From positions 28,832 through 92,831 of IMG/VR virus record IMGVR_UViG_3300036790_000551: a stretch of 64,000 nt of DNA. The stretch is one strand, 5' to 3'. Made by a program: the position numbers and the translations under genes. Source of the DNA: a virus. Shown here one piece after another: positions 37,813 to 47,201 of this stretch (its first letter is position 1; each line of letters begins with the position of its first letter). Under the pieces are notes generated by a model that had not been told where the DNA came from, searched no databases, and saw only the letters and a program-made list of their open reading frames with translations.

Positions 37813-39438
37813 ATGGAGCCGATGCCGAAACTCGACTGGCGCCCGTACTTCCCGAAACAGGAGCCGAGGCCAGGCCAGGTCCAAGCGCTCGACTGGATTT
37901 GTGAGCAGTTCGAGGCCGGTCATCGTCGTATAATCTGTGAGTTGGGAACCGGCGTCGGGAAGTCAGCCGTAGCGGTCTGCGTAGGCGCTTGGCTCGAGGC
38001 CCGAGAGAAGGGCCAAGGCGCCCACGCACCCGGCGTGACCGTCCTTACCTCGCAACTGATACTTCAGAACCAGTACGTCGACGACTTCAAGCAGGCCCGA
38101 GACCTCCGGGCGGCCGCCAATTTCAAGTGCTCTGGTCCGGTCGCAGGCACCTGCGGTGAGACGTCCCGGGTTCGCAAGGCCGTCGGTCAGGAGATGGCCC
38201 AACAGAGCCTGAAGTGCGTGGCCTGCCCGTATCGAGAGGCAAAGAACGACTTCATCGAGAGCCCCGTTGGGGTCACGAACTACTCGTACAGTTTGTCAGA
38301 GAGCATGTACGCCGGGGAGTTGCCGCCCCGCCGGCTCTTGGTCTGCGACGAGGCACACAATGTTGAGGACGAGGTTCGACGCTGGACGTCCGTTGAACTC
38401 ACAGACAGCGAACTCGAGAAGTTGGGTCTCTCCCTTCCCTCCTCCACCTGGGACGATGATAAGTGTGTGGAGTGGCTGGACACGGTCTACCGTGACGCCC
38501 TCGACCGGCACCTGAAGCAGACGGCCAGCAAACTGAAAAAACACGTCAAGGCCGGCACGCTGGCGACGGCGGCCGTCAAGACCCTTGCGAACTCCAACGA
38601 CAAGTTTGACAAGGACCTCTGCAAGTTGAACCGGCTCCTCAACAAGGGAGGCCGGCTGCTCGTGTCCCATGACCGGAACGACCGGACCCACACGGAGAGC
38701 ATTCGGTTCCAACCCCTGGAGATTGCCGGGCTCATTGAGGAGGTCCTCTACTCCCGGGCCTCGGCGGTCCTGTTGCTCTCGGCCACTCTCCTCGACCGCG
38801 ACGTCTTTTCCAAGAGCGTCGGACTGGTCGGAGCCCCATACCTCAGCATACCCTCTCCCTTCAAGGACCACGCCTTCGGCGTGCGCTTCCGCCCCGTGGG
38901 GAAGATGACCCAGGCCCACATCGAGAACACGCTCAGGAGTTACCCCAAGGCCCTGCGACGCATCCTGAACGAGAACAAGGGGTCCAAGGGCATCGTTCAC
39001 GCGATGAACTATCGCATCGTGCGCGCCCTCAAGGAGGCAATGGGGGGAGAGAAGCGACTTCTGTTTCAGGACTCCGCTCGAGACCGAGACACCCTGTTGA
39101 AGCGTCATTTGCACTCTCCCGATGACACCGTCCTGGTGTCACCCTCCATGATGGAGGGCCTCGACCTCCGCGACGACCTCGGTCGGTTCCAGGTCATCTG
39201 CAAGGTCCCCTACCCGGACATGTCTGACCCGCTGGTGAAACACAAGGACCGGGAGTGGTACAGTTGGAGGACGGTGCGGACGCTGGTCCAGGCCGTCGGG
39301 CGCAGTGTGCGTTCTGAGACGGATTGGTGCATTTCTTACATTCTCGATGAATGTTTCGTTGATGTCCTGGACCGGGCCGGCCACATGGTCCCGAGGCACC
39401 TGTCCGCGAACAGCCTGACCCTAGAGGAGCCGTTCTGA
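37813..39438 (+). CDS. DinG/XPD-family SF2 helicase
   Basis: TGVGKS, CPY, NYSY, DEAH, LSAT, EGLDL, KVPYP, QAVGRSVR. Confidence 0.92.
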   Translation: MEPMPKLDWRPYFPKQEPRPGQVQALDWICEQFEAGHRRIICELGTGVGKSAVAVCVGAWLEAREKGQGAHAPGVTVLTSQLILQNQYVDDFKQARDLRAAANFKCSGPVAGTCGETSRVRKAVGQEMAQQSLKCVACPYREAKNDFIESPVGVTNYSYSLSESMYAGELPPRRLLVCDEAHNVEDEVRRWTSVELTDSELEKLGLSLPSSTWDDDKCVEWLDTVYRDALDRHLKQTASKLKKHVKAGTLATAAVKTLANSNDKFDKDLCKLNRLLNKGGRLLVSHDRNDRTHTESIRFQPLEIAGLIEEVLYSRASAVLLLSATLLDRDVFSKSVGLVGAPYLSIPSPFKDHAFGVRFRPVGKMTQAHIENTLRSYPKALRRILNENKGSKGIVHAMNYRIVRALKEAMGGEKRLLFQDSARDRDTLLKRHLHSPDDTVLVSPSMMEGLDLRDDLGRFQVICKVPYPDMSDPLVKHKDREWYSWRTVRTLVQAVGRSVRSETDWCISYILDECFVDVLDRAGHMVPRHLSANSLTLEEPF

Positions 39439-40785
39439 GTGCTGAGGGAACACTGGGAAATCATCGTCGGCGGCATGGCTCTGCTCATGACCGTCTGGAG
39501 CCACCTGAAGTCGTGGACCGCTTGGCTTCGCGGCCTCGTTGTCAAGCGATGCTGGATTGACAGTAATACCGCTCTTAGCGTGTTGGCCATGCTCACGCAG
39601 GGAAACATAAAGGCCAAGGAGCAGGCCTTCATCACTTCAGACGAATACGTTAGACCACTCGGAAAGTGGACGCGTGTAGTTCGAGAAATGCTGACGGAGG
39701 GCCAATGGCGGCTTTGGTTCAAAGGGCGGCCGGTCTGGATAGGTCGGCAGAAGGACGCTCCGGGTGCCCTGCACGGACTCAGTTACGCGATTGATTACGT
39801 CCGCGGAACAATTGACGTCGAGCGCCTAATCGCGCAGGCCGTCGATTGGGACAACAGGACTGCGGCCACGCTCGTGAAAGTCAAGCGGTCACGCCACGCG
39901 TTCACGTACCACCACGGCGAGGGAGCGCTTCTAATCTCAGAGGATTCCCAAAAGGGACAGAAGTATGAGGTTAGCAACGGCATCGGTCAGCGCTTCCTTG
40001 GGTGGAGGCCCGAGGAAATCGGACAACTAATTCACGCCCGTAGTGTCTCGTCCCTCTCCCTTCCGCCGTACCTGCTAGACCTCGCGGAGCGAATCAAGCG
40101 ATGGATTGAATCCAAGAAATGGTACGAAGAGCGGGGAATTCCCCATCGGCGTGGCTTCCTGCTCCACGGACGGCCGGGAACCGGCAAGACGAGTTTCGTG
40201 CGGGCCGTGGCGGAGGAGCACGACCTGCCGGTCCACGTCATGGACCTCGCCTCCCTGAACAATAAGGAACTGCGCGCGGCATGGGTGGCGTCAGTCAAGG
40301 ATGCTCCCTGCGTCATCCTCATAGAGGACATCGACGCCGTGTTTGATGGGCGCGAGAGCGTCACTCGCGCCGGTGGCCTTGCTGTCAATCCGGGTCTGAC
40401 CTATGATGCCCTGTTGAACTGCGTTGACGGTGTGGAACGACACGACGGCATCATGTTCGTTATAACGACGAACCACATCAAGAAGGTCGACGAAGCGCTC
40501 CTGAGCCGGCCGGGACGCATCGACCACGTCGTGGAGTTCCTACCGCTCGAGTGCAGTGAACGCCTCGATATCGCTCGTCGCATCATGGGGGAGGGCGGCG
40601 ACGTCGAGGTGCTGGCTGCGCAGCACGCCGATGCGACCGCCGCCGAGTTCGTTAACATCTGTTGTCAGCGGGCGCTCGATAGGCTGTTCGAGGCGCGACC
40701 GGTACCGCCGTCGGCCGTGGTAGCATTGCAATCGGTGCCTGAGTTAAGGCCCATTGTTCCGATTAAGCGAAAGTCCCAATCATGA
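39439..40785 (+). CDS. Membrane-anchored BCS1-like AAA+ ATPase
   Basis: N-terminal TM; WYEERGIPHRRGFLLHGRPGTGKTS, IEDID, TTNH, RPGRID. Confidence 0.9.
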   Translation: MLREHWEIIVGGMALLMTVWSHLKSWTAWLRGLVVKRCWIDSNTALSVLAMLTQGNIKAKEQAFITSDEYVRPLGKWTRVVREMLTEGQWRLWFKGRPVWIGRQKDAPGALHGLSYAIDYVRGTIDVERLIAQAVDWDNRTAATLVKVKRSRHAFTYHHGEGALLISEDSQKGQKYEVSNGIGQRFLGWRPEEIGQLIHARSVSSLSLPPYLLDLAERIKRWIESKKWYEERGIPHRRGFLLHGRPGTGKTSFVRAVAEEHDLPVHVMDLASLNNKELRAAWVASVKDAPCVILIEDIDAVFDGRESVTRAGGLAVNPGLTYDALLNCVDGVERHDGIMFVITTNHIKKVDEALLSRPGRIDHVVEFLPLECSERLDIARRIMGEGGDVEVLAAQHADATAAEFVNICCQRALDRLFEARPVPPSAVVALQSVPELRPIVPIKRKSQS

Positions 40786-41030
40786 TGAGAGCGATTACCG
40801 TAACGCTGTTGCTGCTGCTGGGTGCCTGCGTCGACACGGATTTCAGTCAGAACTACGTTAGCAACCTCTACGGGTCCAGCGCTATATGTTGGGAGATGCA
40901 GCAGGGACCGACGTCTGATTCGGCGGTCTGTACCATCAATGTCTCGCGTTTGTTCTGCGAAACTAAGGATAGTCAGACGAGTTGCTGGTACCTTGACCAT
41001 CCCGTTATTGTACAGCGAGTTGTGCCATGA
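40782..41030 (+). CDS. Small Cys-rich lipoprotein
   Basis: Lipobox LLGAC. Confidence 0.6.
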   Translation: MMRAITVTLLLLLGACVDTDFSQNYVSNLYGSSAICWEMQQGPTSDSAVCTINVSRLFCETKDSQTSCWYLDHPVIVQRVVP

Positions 41031-41584
41031 CCGTCTGGTTCACGTCCGACACGCATTACGGGCACTCGAATGTCATCGAGTACTCCCATCGTCCGTTCAA
41101 GGACGTAGAGGAGATGAACGAGGCGTTGGTCACGAACTGGAACGCCGTCGTTAAGCCCGGGGACCGGGTCTATCACCTCGGTGACTTCTGTCTCGGTCCG
41201 CGTGAGTTGGCCATCAAGACCGTCAAGCGCCTCAACGGACAGAAGTATCTCGTGTTCGGAAACCATGATAAGCGCCTGCGCAAGGACGTCGAGTTCCTCG
41301 GGCATTGGGTCTGGACCCGTGACCTGGAGCAGGTTGAGGTCGACGGTCAGAAACTTATTCTTTGTCATTACGCAATGTTGACCTGGAACCAATTCCATCG
41401 GGGGTCATGGCAACTACACGGACACAGCCACGGCTCCCTGGCGGACGACCCGCACTCGCTCCGCCTTGACGTCGGTGTGGACTGCCACGACATGTACCCG
41501 GTGTCGTTCGAGGCCGTGAGGGACATCATGGCAAAGAAGGACTTCAGGCCGGTCGACCACCACGGTCGAGAACGTGGCGAGTGA
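41027..41584 (+). CDS. Calcineurin-like metallophosphoesterase
   Basis: TSDTH.GH, LGD, GNHD, CHY, LHGHSH, DVGVD. Confidence 0.92.
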   Translation: MTVWFTSDTHYGHSNVIEYSHRPFKDVEEMNEALVTNWNAVVKPGDRVYHLGDFCLGPRELAIKTVKRLNGQKYLVFGNHDKRLRKDVEFLGHWVWTRDLEQVEVDGQKLILCHYAMLTWNQFHRGSWQLHGHSHGSLADDPHSLRLDVGVDCHDMYPVSFEAVRDIMAKKDFRPVDHHGRERGE

Positions 41585-41864
41585 ATATAGGGCCCACTAC
41601 GGGCCTCATCCTTGGCCAACATACCCACCTGGCCATGCCAACTGGAATGAAACTAGAGTGAAACTGGAAGGACTACAGAGTGAATAACGACCAACCAACC
41701 AAGCCGGCCAGTGGCCGCTATCACAAGCCCTGGTCCACCATCGAGGACGAGCGTCTCCGGCTGTTCGAGGAACTCGAGCGTCTCACGAGCGTTGTGCTCT
41801 ACTCGAGGAACCATCCCGCCTTCGTTCGCCTCGTCGCCGTCCTGGAGGCCCTGGGGGCGTACCG

Positions 41865-42476
41865 GTGAACGTCGCTGTCTGCGGAATCCGTTCCTGGATT
41901 GCGAATGAGTTGTTTCACGGGCTTTGTGAGACAGGTCACACCGTGGATTTGGTGCAGAAGGGGATGCTCGGCGAGCACGACTTCAGCGCCGTTGACTGCC
42001 TCTACCTGATTATCGGTAGAGCCAAACCCACTGAAGCGGAGATGGACGCCGAGTGCGCGCAGATGGCTGCCTTCATGGGGAACCCGCGGAAGCCGCGGCG
42101 CGCCGTCTACCTCAGTTCACTGGGGTCGAACCGCGCCAAGCGGGACTGCGAGGGGATGCTAGGCCCGCTGGGTGAGCGGGGCTTCATCATCAGACCGGGA
42201 GCCGTCTTTGGGCCATCCCAGGACCCGCTCAGCGAGATGCTCATTCCCAGCCTGGCTCGAGACGAGAACCTGACACTGCGAACTCCGGAGTTGAATACGC
42301 AGTTCGTCTCCGTTTATGACCTCGTTCGGTTCCTGCAACAGTGCGCGGACCCGGAGTGGTTTCCCTTCGATTGTTGGGATGTTCCCGGCACGTTCACCAT
42401 GACACCGCTGCAGATGCGCGCCCTGTGGCGAACGTGGAACGGGTACCACGCCCAAGAGGGCTGGGAGCATCGGTGA
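41865..42476 (+). CDS. Atypical/degenerate SDR-like epimerase/reductase
   Basis: VAVCG..SWIA, VYLSS, IIRPGAVFGP, FVSVYDL; no canonical YxxxK. Confidence 0.55.
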   Translation: MNVAVCGIRSWIANELFHGLCETGHTVDLVQKGMLGEHDFSAVDCLYLIIGRAKPTEAEMDAECAQMAAFMGNPRKPRRAVYLSSLGSNRAKRDCEGMLGPLGERGFIIRPGAVFGPSQDPLSEMLIPSLARDENLTLRTPELNTQFVSVYDLVRFLQQCADPEWFPFDCWDVPGTFTMTPLQMRALWRTWNGYHAQEGWEHR

Positions 42477-42979
42477 GACCCGTCGACCAGCGACGGGAGT
42501 GCCCGACGGGGGACTGCCTCTCGGCCTGTGTTGCCTCAATACTGGAAATGGACATCGAGCATGTCCCCATCTTCGTCAGGGAAAATGACTGGGTCGGGGC
42601 CCTTGACCGATGGCTCCAAACTCGTGGTCTCTGCCTGGTCGGCTATCGGGCCATAGACAGCGAGTTCCTGGCACCGGCCTGCCTCCACATCGCCACCGGC
42701 CCCAGCACCCTAGGGGGAGAGCACGCCATCGTGATGCGGGGCGACGAGGTCATCCACGACGGAAACTCCGAGGCCCGTCAGGCCGGCCTCCATTACATCT
42801 CGAACAGGTTCATCATTGCGCCGCTGGCCGACGACACCGAGGACATCCCGGAACTTCGGATGATGCGGCCGCCGCGCCTCTGGTTGCTGCGTGAGCCGGT
42901 CCTACTCCTGATGATTGGCGTAGACATCGGCTTGGCTCTCGCGAAGTGGGGACCCTGGGTCATGAGGTACCTCTTCTAA
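42473..42979 (+). CDS. Peptidase C39-like papain-fold protein with C-terminal TM
   Basis: Q...GDCLSACVASIL, HAIV, IHD. Confidence 0.6.
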   Translation: MRPVDQRRECPTGDCLSACVASILEMDIEHVPIFVRENDWVGALDRWLQTRGLCLVGYRAIDSEFLAPACLHIATGPSTLGGEHAIVMRGDEVIHDGNSEARQAGLHYISNRFIIAPLADDTEDIPELRMMRPPRLWLLREPVLLLMIGVDIGLALAKWGPWVMRYLF

Positions 42980-43385
42980 CGATGCGTTACTTCGAGACGC
43001 CAAGACAGAGGTGGCATCGGGAGCGCAGGCTCCAACGCCTCGCCGCGAAACAGTCCAAGGCCGCACCCGAGGAACACGTAATCAGCATTGACATCATGTG
43101 CCAGGCCCTCTCCTCGTTCTATTACTCCGAGGAGTGGTTGGCCCTCGCTCCGTTCGGCCGTTGGCTCACGTTCTGGCGTCGGCTCGGACAGCAGATGGAG
43201 ACCGAGCGCTGGGGGAACTTCTTCTTACGAGCGCTGGATATGCCAGCGAAGTTCTTGGGATTCCAGATTGGACCCATCATTCCCATACCGATGGAGATTC
43301 CAGACGGACTCCTGTTTCGACAGGAGTACACGTACTCGATGCATCAGATGGTCATGACCGGCAGTCTGTCGAACTTCGTCGGCAT

Positions 43386-44297
43386 CTAAGTCGTCGGCGG
43401 AAACGCCAGGCACCGCTGGTATAGGTCCTGCAGACCCGTCCGTAGGGAACCGTTAACGTAGACGCTATAGTCCGTGACGCCCCAGCCGGGAATGGTGACG
43501 GGGAAGCCGACCGCGGCGACCTGTCCGTCACCGGCCAACTGCCACTCGACCATGTCAGAGAGCGGCCACCCATAAGTTATCATGCTCGGTGGATGGCTGG
43601 TGTATGCGGGGTTGCAGACTGCGTCCGCGCCGAATCGGCAGGACGTCATGGCGAGGTCACGAAAAATTCCTCTCCCATAGAGCCCGACCCTAATTCCGGG
43701 AAAGCGTTGCTTTAGGCGAGCGATGTAGGCGGTCGTAACCCGTGTGACGTCCGCGGCCAATTTGGCCTTGGTCACCGTGTCGAGTGTGCTAAGGTCCTCG
43801 ACGCCGTGGTCCCAAGCGCCCTGTCCCCCGCTCTCCACGTCGACCCAAGGCATCAGGTCTCCCTCTCCCCAGCCGCCGGCCGACTGGATGAGGTCCGCGA
43901 AGTAGTCCGCCTGTGCTGCCCCGTCCTGAAGGAAGACCAGGAAGTGGTACGTACCGCGGTGGAACTCGGTGCCGGTCGGCCGGCCGTCGCGGACCGCCGC
44001 CATCCGCTGCCAGTTCGTGCGGAACCACTGCTCGTACTGCGGGGCCCAGCCGGTCCCCTGGCTGGCCTTGATGTAGCAGCCGACGACCTCCTTTCCCTCG
44101 ACGTTCAGACCCGGAAGGACCTGGAACGGAGGCGTGGCGCCGGTCGGGTCTAGCGGGTAGACGTCCGGAATGATGAACGTTCCGTACCGGTTGGCCACCG
44201 GCGGGGCCGAGGTCGGAATCGCTTGGACGGGGACGGAGGATGCTGCTTGTCCGCTCGCGCCCCTGACAGCGTTCAGAAAGATGTCGATTAGTCCCAT
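43386..44297 (-). CDS. GH25 muramidase (endolysin candidate)
   Basis: PDVY, YIKASQG, RGTYHF, QADYF, PWVDVE, WQ. Confidence 0.85.
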   Translation of the reverse strand: MGLIDIFLNAVRGASGQAASSVPVQAIPTSAPPVANRYGTFIIPDVYPLDPTGATPPFQVLPGLNVEGKEVVGCYIKASQGTGWAPQYEQWFRTNWQRMAAVRDGRPTGTEFHRGTYHFLVFLQDGAAQADYFADLIQSAGGWGEGDLMPWVDVESGGQGAWDHGVEDLSTLDTVTKAKLAADVTRVTTAYIARLKQRFPGIRVGLYGRGIFRDLAMTSCRFGADAVCNPAYTSHPPSMITYGWPLSDMVEWQLAGDGQVAAVGFPVTIPGWGVTDYSVYVNGSLRTGLQDLYQRCLAFPPTT

Positions 44298-44798
44298 GCG
44301 TCTAGGTAGCCGCCTCGCACCGAAGTCCGTCGTGGTATAGTGGAAGCATGCCTATCCGGTTGTCAAGGAGCACGTAAGTGAGCAAGCGTGAAGGACCGAA
44401 GGTCTATATCGATGCGTCGTGTTTCGATTGTGCCTACGAGCATAGTGAGCACTACGCGGTGCAGGCCGGTGCTGAGTGACAACTGGACGGCAGGCCTGGA
44501 TGGGCACATGCGGCTGGAGCAGTTACCGCCTCTCGTATGACGCGCCCGAGGTCGATGAGCAGCCGGTCGTCGGCGCGATATACACCCGATACGAGGAGAC
44601 GTGGCTCATGACGGACATCGGCGAGGAGAGGATGCTTGACCGCGTCGGAACAGGTGAGCGCTTCGAGTGCCTCGGCACGTGGTCGTTCGCCGGAGAGGAA
44701 GCCCCATCGGCATTCTATACCGAGCGAATGCCGGCCGACGAGGCCTTCGTAGTCTGTCGGGGTCGTAGGGAGTTCATTCGATTGAGGAGGTACTGCGC

Positions 44799-45356
44799 GT
44801 GAGTGATGAAGCAAGGGACACCGGTCGTGAGAGCATAGCCGAGAAGATAGTTGAACTTCGGGACAGGTGCCGGCCGACGATGGCGACGGCCCTCAAGGCC
44901 TTCGAGAGCGTTTTCATGGCCATCTTTCCGTCAACGGAGTTGACGCCGTTGACGACCGGACCCGAGCAGTGGATTTGGCGGGACGAGGGCGCGAGCGCCC
45001 TGGGCGTTGACCGGTTCTTCATCATCGGAACCTCGACCGAGCCCGAGACGGTCGGTTATCCGTTGCTCACTATTCGGCAGGCGTACAGCAAGAAACTGGA
45101 CATGTGGCTGTCGTGCTCGTCCCTGGTGACGGGACCCGATGAGATGGAGGCCGCGCGCTCCATCATCAACACCGTTGCGAACCACAAGGGGTCCGTTGCC
45201 GGCGCGCGCCTGGCGATGGTGGCGATGATTACGGCCGGTGGAGACCCCATGGCGGGCCTGGACGCGGCCGAATCTCTCGGTGACCAAATTGACCGGGTTC
45301 CGTTGCAGAACCCGCTTGAGGCGTTGACCACTCCTGACCCGGGAACGGTGAACTGA
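44799..45356 (+). CDS. Hypothetical protein
   Basis: GTGA coupling. Confidence 0.6.
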   Translation: MSDEARDTGRESIAEKIVELRDRCRPTMATALKAFESVFMAIFPSTELTPLTTGPEQWIWRDEGASALGVDRFFIIGTSTEPETVGYPLLTIRQAYSKKLDMWLSCSSLVTGPDEMEAARSIINTVANHKGSVAGARLAMVAMITAGGDPMAGLDAAESLGDQIDRVPLQNPLEALTTPDPGTVN

Positions 45357-45733
45357 TGCCCGTAGACGAGATTGACTGGCTGCGAGACCACGGTCGATAC
45401 ATGAAGGGCGAGATGACGTACGAGCAATACAAGGAGAAGTACCCGGCCGGGCTTCTCGGCCTGTGTAGCGATTGTAGCGATGAGACTCCCGAGCAAGCGG
45501 CCTCTCGCCTCATCAGTGAGAGAGCAAACCGCCAACTCAACGTCGAGGCGGACGTCGGAACCCGCAACATCGGTGCCATCCTATTTCTCTTCTCCCTCCT
45601 GTGGGGAGCGGCGGCCGTCGTCAATCACAGTGACACGGGACTCCTAGGGATTGACCTCGGCATGGCGGTCTTCATGGGCGTCGCGGGCGGCGGCCTATTG
45701 GGGTTCTATGCGGGACGGCGTGGGGACCGTTGA
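45356..45733 (+). CDS. Membrane protein
   Basis: Two C-terminal TM segments. Confidence 0.6.
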   Translation: MPVDEIDWLRDHGRYMKGEMTYEQYKEKYPAGLLGLCSDCSDETPEQAASRLISERANRQLNVEADVGTRNIGAILFLFSLLWGAAAVVNHSDTGLLGIDLGMAVFMGVAGGGLLGFYAGRRGDR

Positions 45734-46101
45734 GGCCGCATCGGTTCGTCTTCCACAAGACCGCCGCGGAGATAGTGAAGGCGTTCTTCGCCGATGAGCC
45801 CGACGGACCCGACCTGGCCGGACTGCCGCGCACGGCTCCCTCTCTCCTCAAGAGGGTGCGGCAGGAGGGCATGTGGGGCTACTGCGACATCCCGAGCAAG
45901 CGAACGGGTGAGGCCGTCGTTCACCTCTGGTGGCGGGCCAACAAGAACCCGTTGGAGGTCTGCGTCCTCATCGGACACGAACTCGGTCACCTGGTGGACA
46001 GCGGCCGGCGTCGGGACCCGATGGCCGAGGAGGACCGGGCCAACGACTTCGCCGCCGTGGCCCGGGAGACGGTCCTCGTCCTCACGAACGCGAGACGGTG
46101 A
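45730..46101 (+). CDS. HExxH zincin-like protein
   Basis: IGHELGH ... EEDRANDFA. Confidence 0.6.
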   Translation: MRPHRFVFHKTAAEIVKAFFADEPDGPDLAGLPRTAPSLLKRVRQEGMWGYCDIPSKRTGEAVVHLWWRANKNPLEVCVLIGHELGHLVDSGRRRDPMAEEDRANDFAAVARETVLVLTNARR

Positions 46102-46102
46102 T

Positions 46103-46618
46103 TTAGAGTTCGGGCCAGCGGGACGTCGGCCTGTCAGAGAGCCTCTCCGCTCGTCTGAGAGTGATGGCCGGGTACAGCCCCTTGTGGCATGTGCCGTTGA
46201 AGCCAGCGTTCCCGCAGGCCCTATACAGAAGCGCTCGACGGAGGTCCCCGTGGACCCGTCGGTCGGCCAGCAACATGTGCATCTCGCGAACTCCCGCTGC
46301 GTAGGCAGCGTCGACGTCTGTGGCCCAGAGCCCGCAGCGGCTCCGCGGCTCCCCGATGTCCGAAGGACTGACGCTGAGCGGTCCGCATGTCCGCCCGGTT
46401 CGATTGCCGGGCTCGAGTCGAGTCTCGGCCCAAGCAATCGAAAGCAGCAACTCGGCAGATACCCACTCGGTCTCGGCCAGCATCGCCGCGTGCACCGCCG
46501 GTCCCACGAGTTCCGGCCTGACGTCCCCAAGCCCCTTGACTCGGGCCTCGAGGCGGTCGCTTCGAGGGTTGGCGTGGCCGGCCGCGGTAAGGGCCAGCAG
46601 GAGGGAGAGGGCCTTCAC
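46103..46618 (-). CDS. Secreted lytic transglycosylase (SLT)-like protein
   Basis: Signal peptide; ELLLSIAWAETRLEP. Confidence 0.55.
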   Translation of the reverse strand: MKALSLLLALTAAGHANPRSDRLEARVKGLGDVRPELVGPAVHAAMLAETEWVSAELLLSIAWAETRLEPGNRTGRTCGPLSVSPSDIGEPRSRCGLWATDVDAAYAAGVREMHMLLADRRVHGDLRRALLYRACGNAGFNGTCHKGLYPAITLRRAERLSDRPTSRWPEL

Positions 46619-46821
46619 TTGCGGCTCTCCCTCTTCAGAAGCGCCTCGGCCTTCTTCTGGATGCTCGGGTGCGGACTGCCGAGCCCGTTGGCCCACCGTC
46701 GGACCATTGATTCCGGAACACCGAGTTCCTCCGCCATTCGCTTGATGCGTATCTCGTACTCGTCCTCATCGATGAAGGCGGCCAGGTCGATGGCGAAGCG
46801 GTCGGGTTTGTCTGTCGGCAT
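46615..46821 (-). CDS. HTH (XRE/Cro-like) protein
   Basis: MAEELGVPESMVRRWANG..SP. Confidence 0.7.
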   Translation of the reverse strand: MPTDKPDRFAIDLAAFIDEDEYEIRIKRMAEELGVPESMVRRWANGLGSPHPSIQKKAEALLKRESRK

Positions 46822-47201
46822 CTCTGTTGCGCTCCGTTCACTCTGAGTTGGGTTTGTTTTGATGGCCTTGGTTGGTAGGTGACCGATGGGCCGGTCACGT
46901 GGAGGGCCCTACGGAAGAATCCCACGAACCAAGCCACCGGGACCCCGGAGGCAGACGTATCGGCAGTTGACAGGTGGGCCGAGGAGGCTGCCACCCACGA
47001 CCGGCTCGTGACCCGGGAGTCCCGGGTGACCGGGCCCGCGGTGGAGCGCCGAGACGGCGGCTATCCTCTGCATCCACTTCCAACCCTCGATGACGGTGTG
47101 GAGGTCAACGGCGTGCAGGTGGACCGTGTCCGCGCGGCCGATGTCTGGACCTCCCGTCACGAGCGGGCAGTCGAACTCCGCCGGGTCCCAGTACTCGACC
47201 C

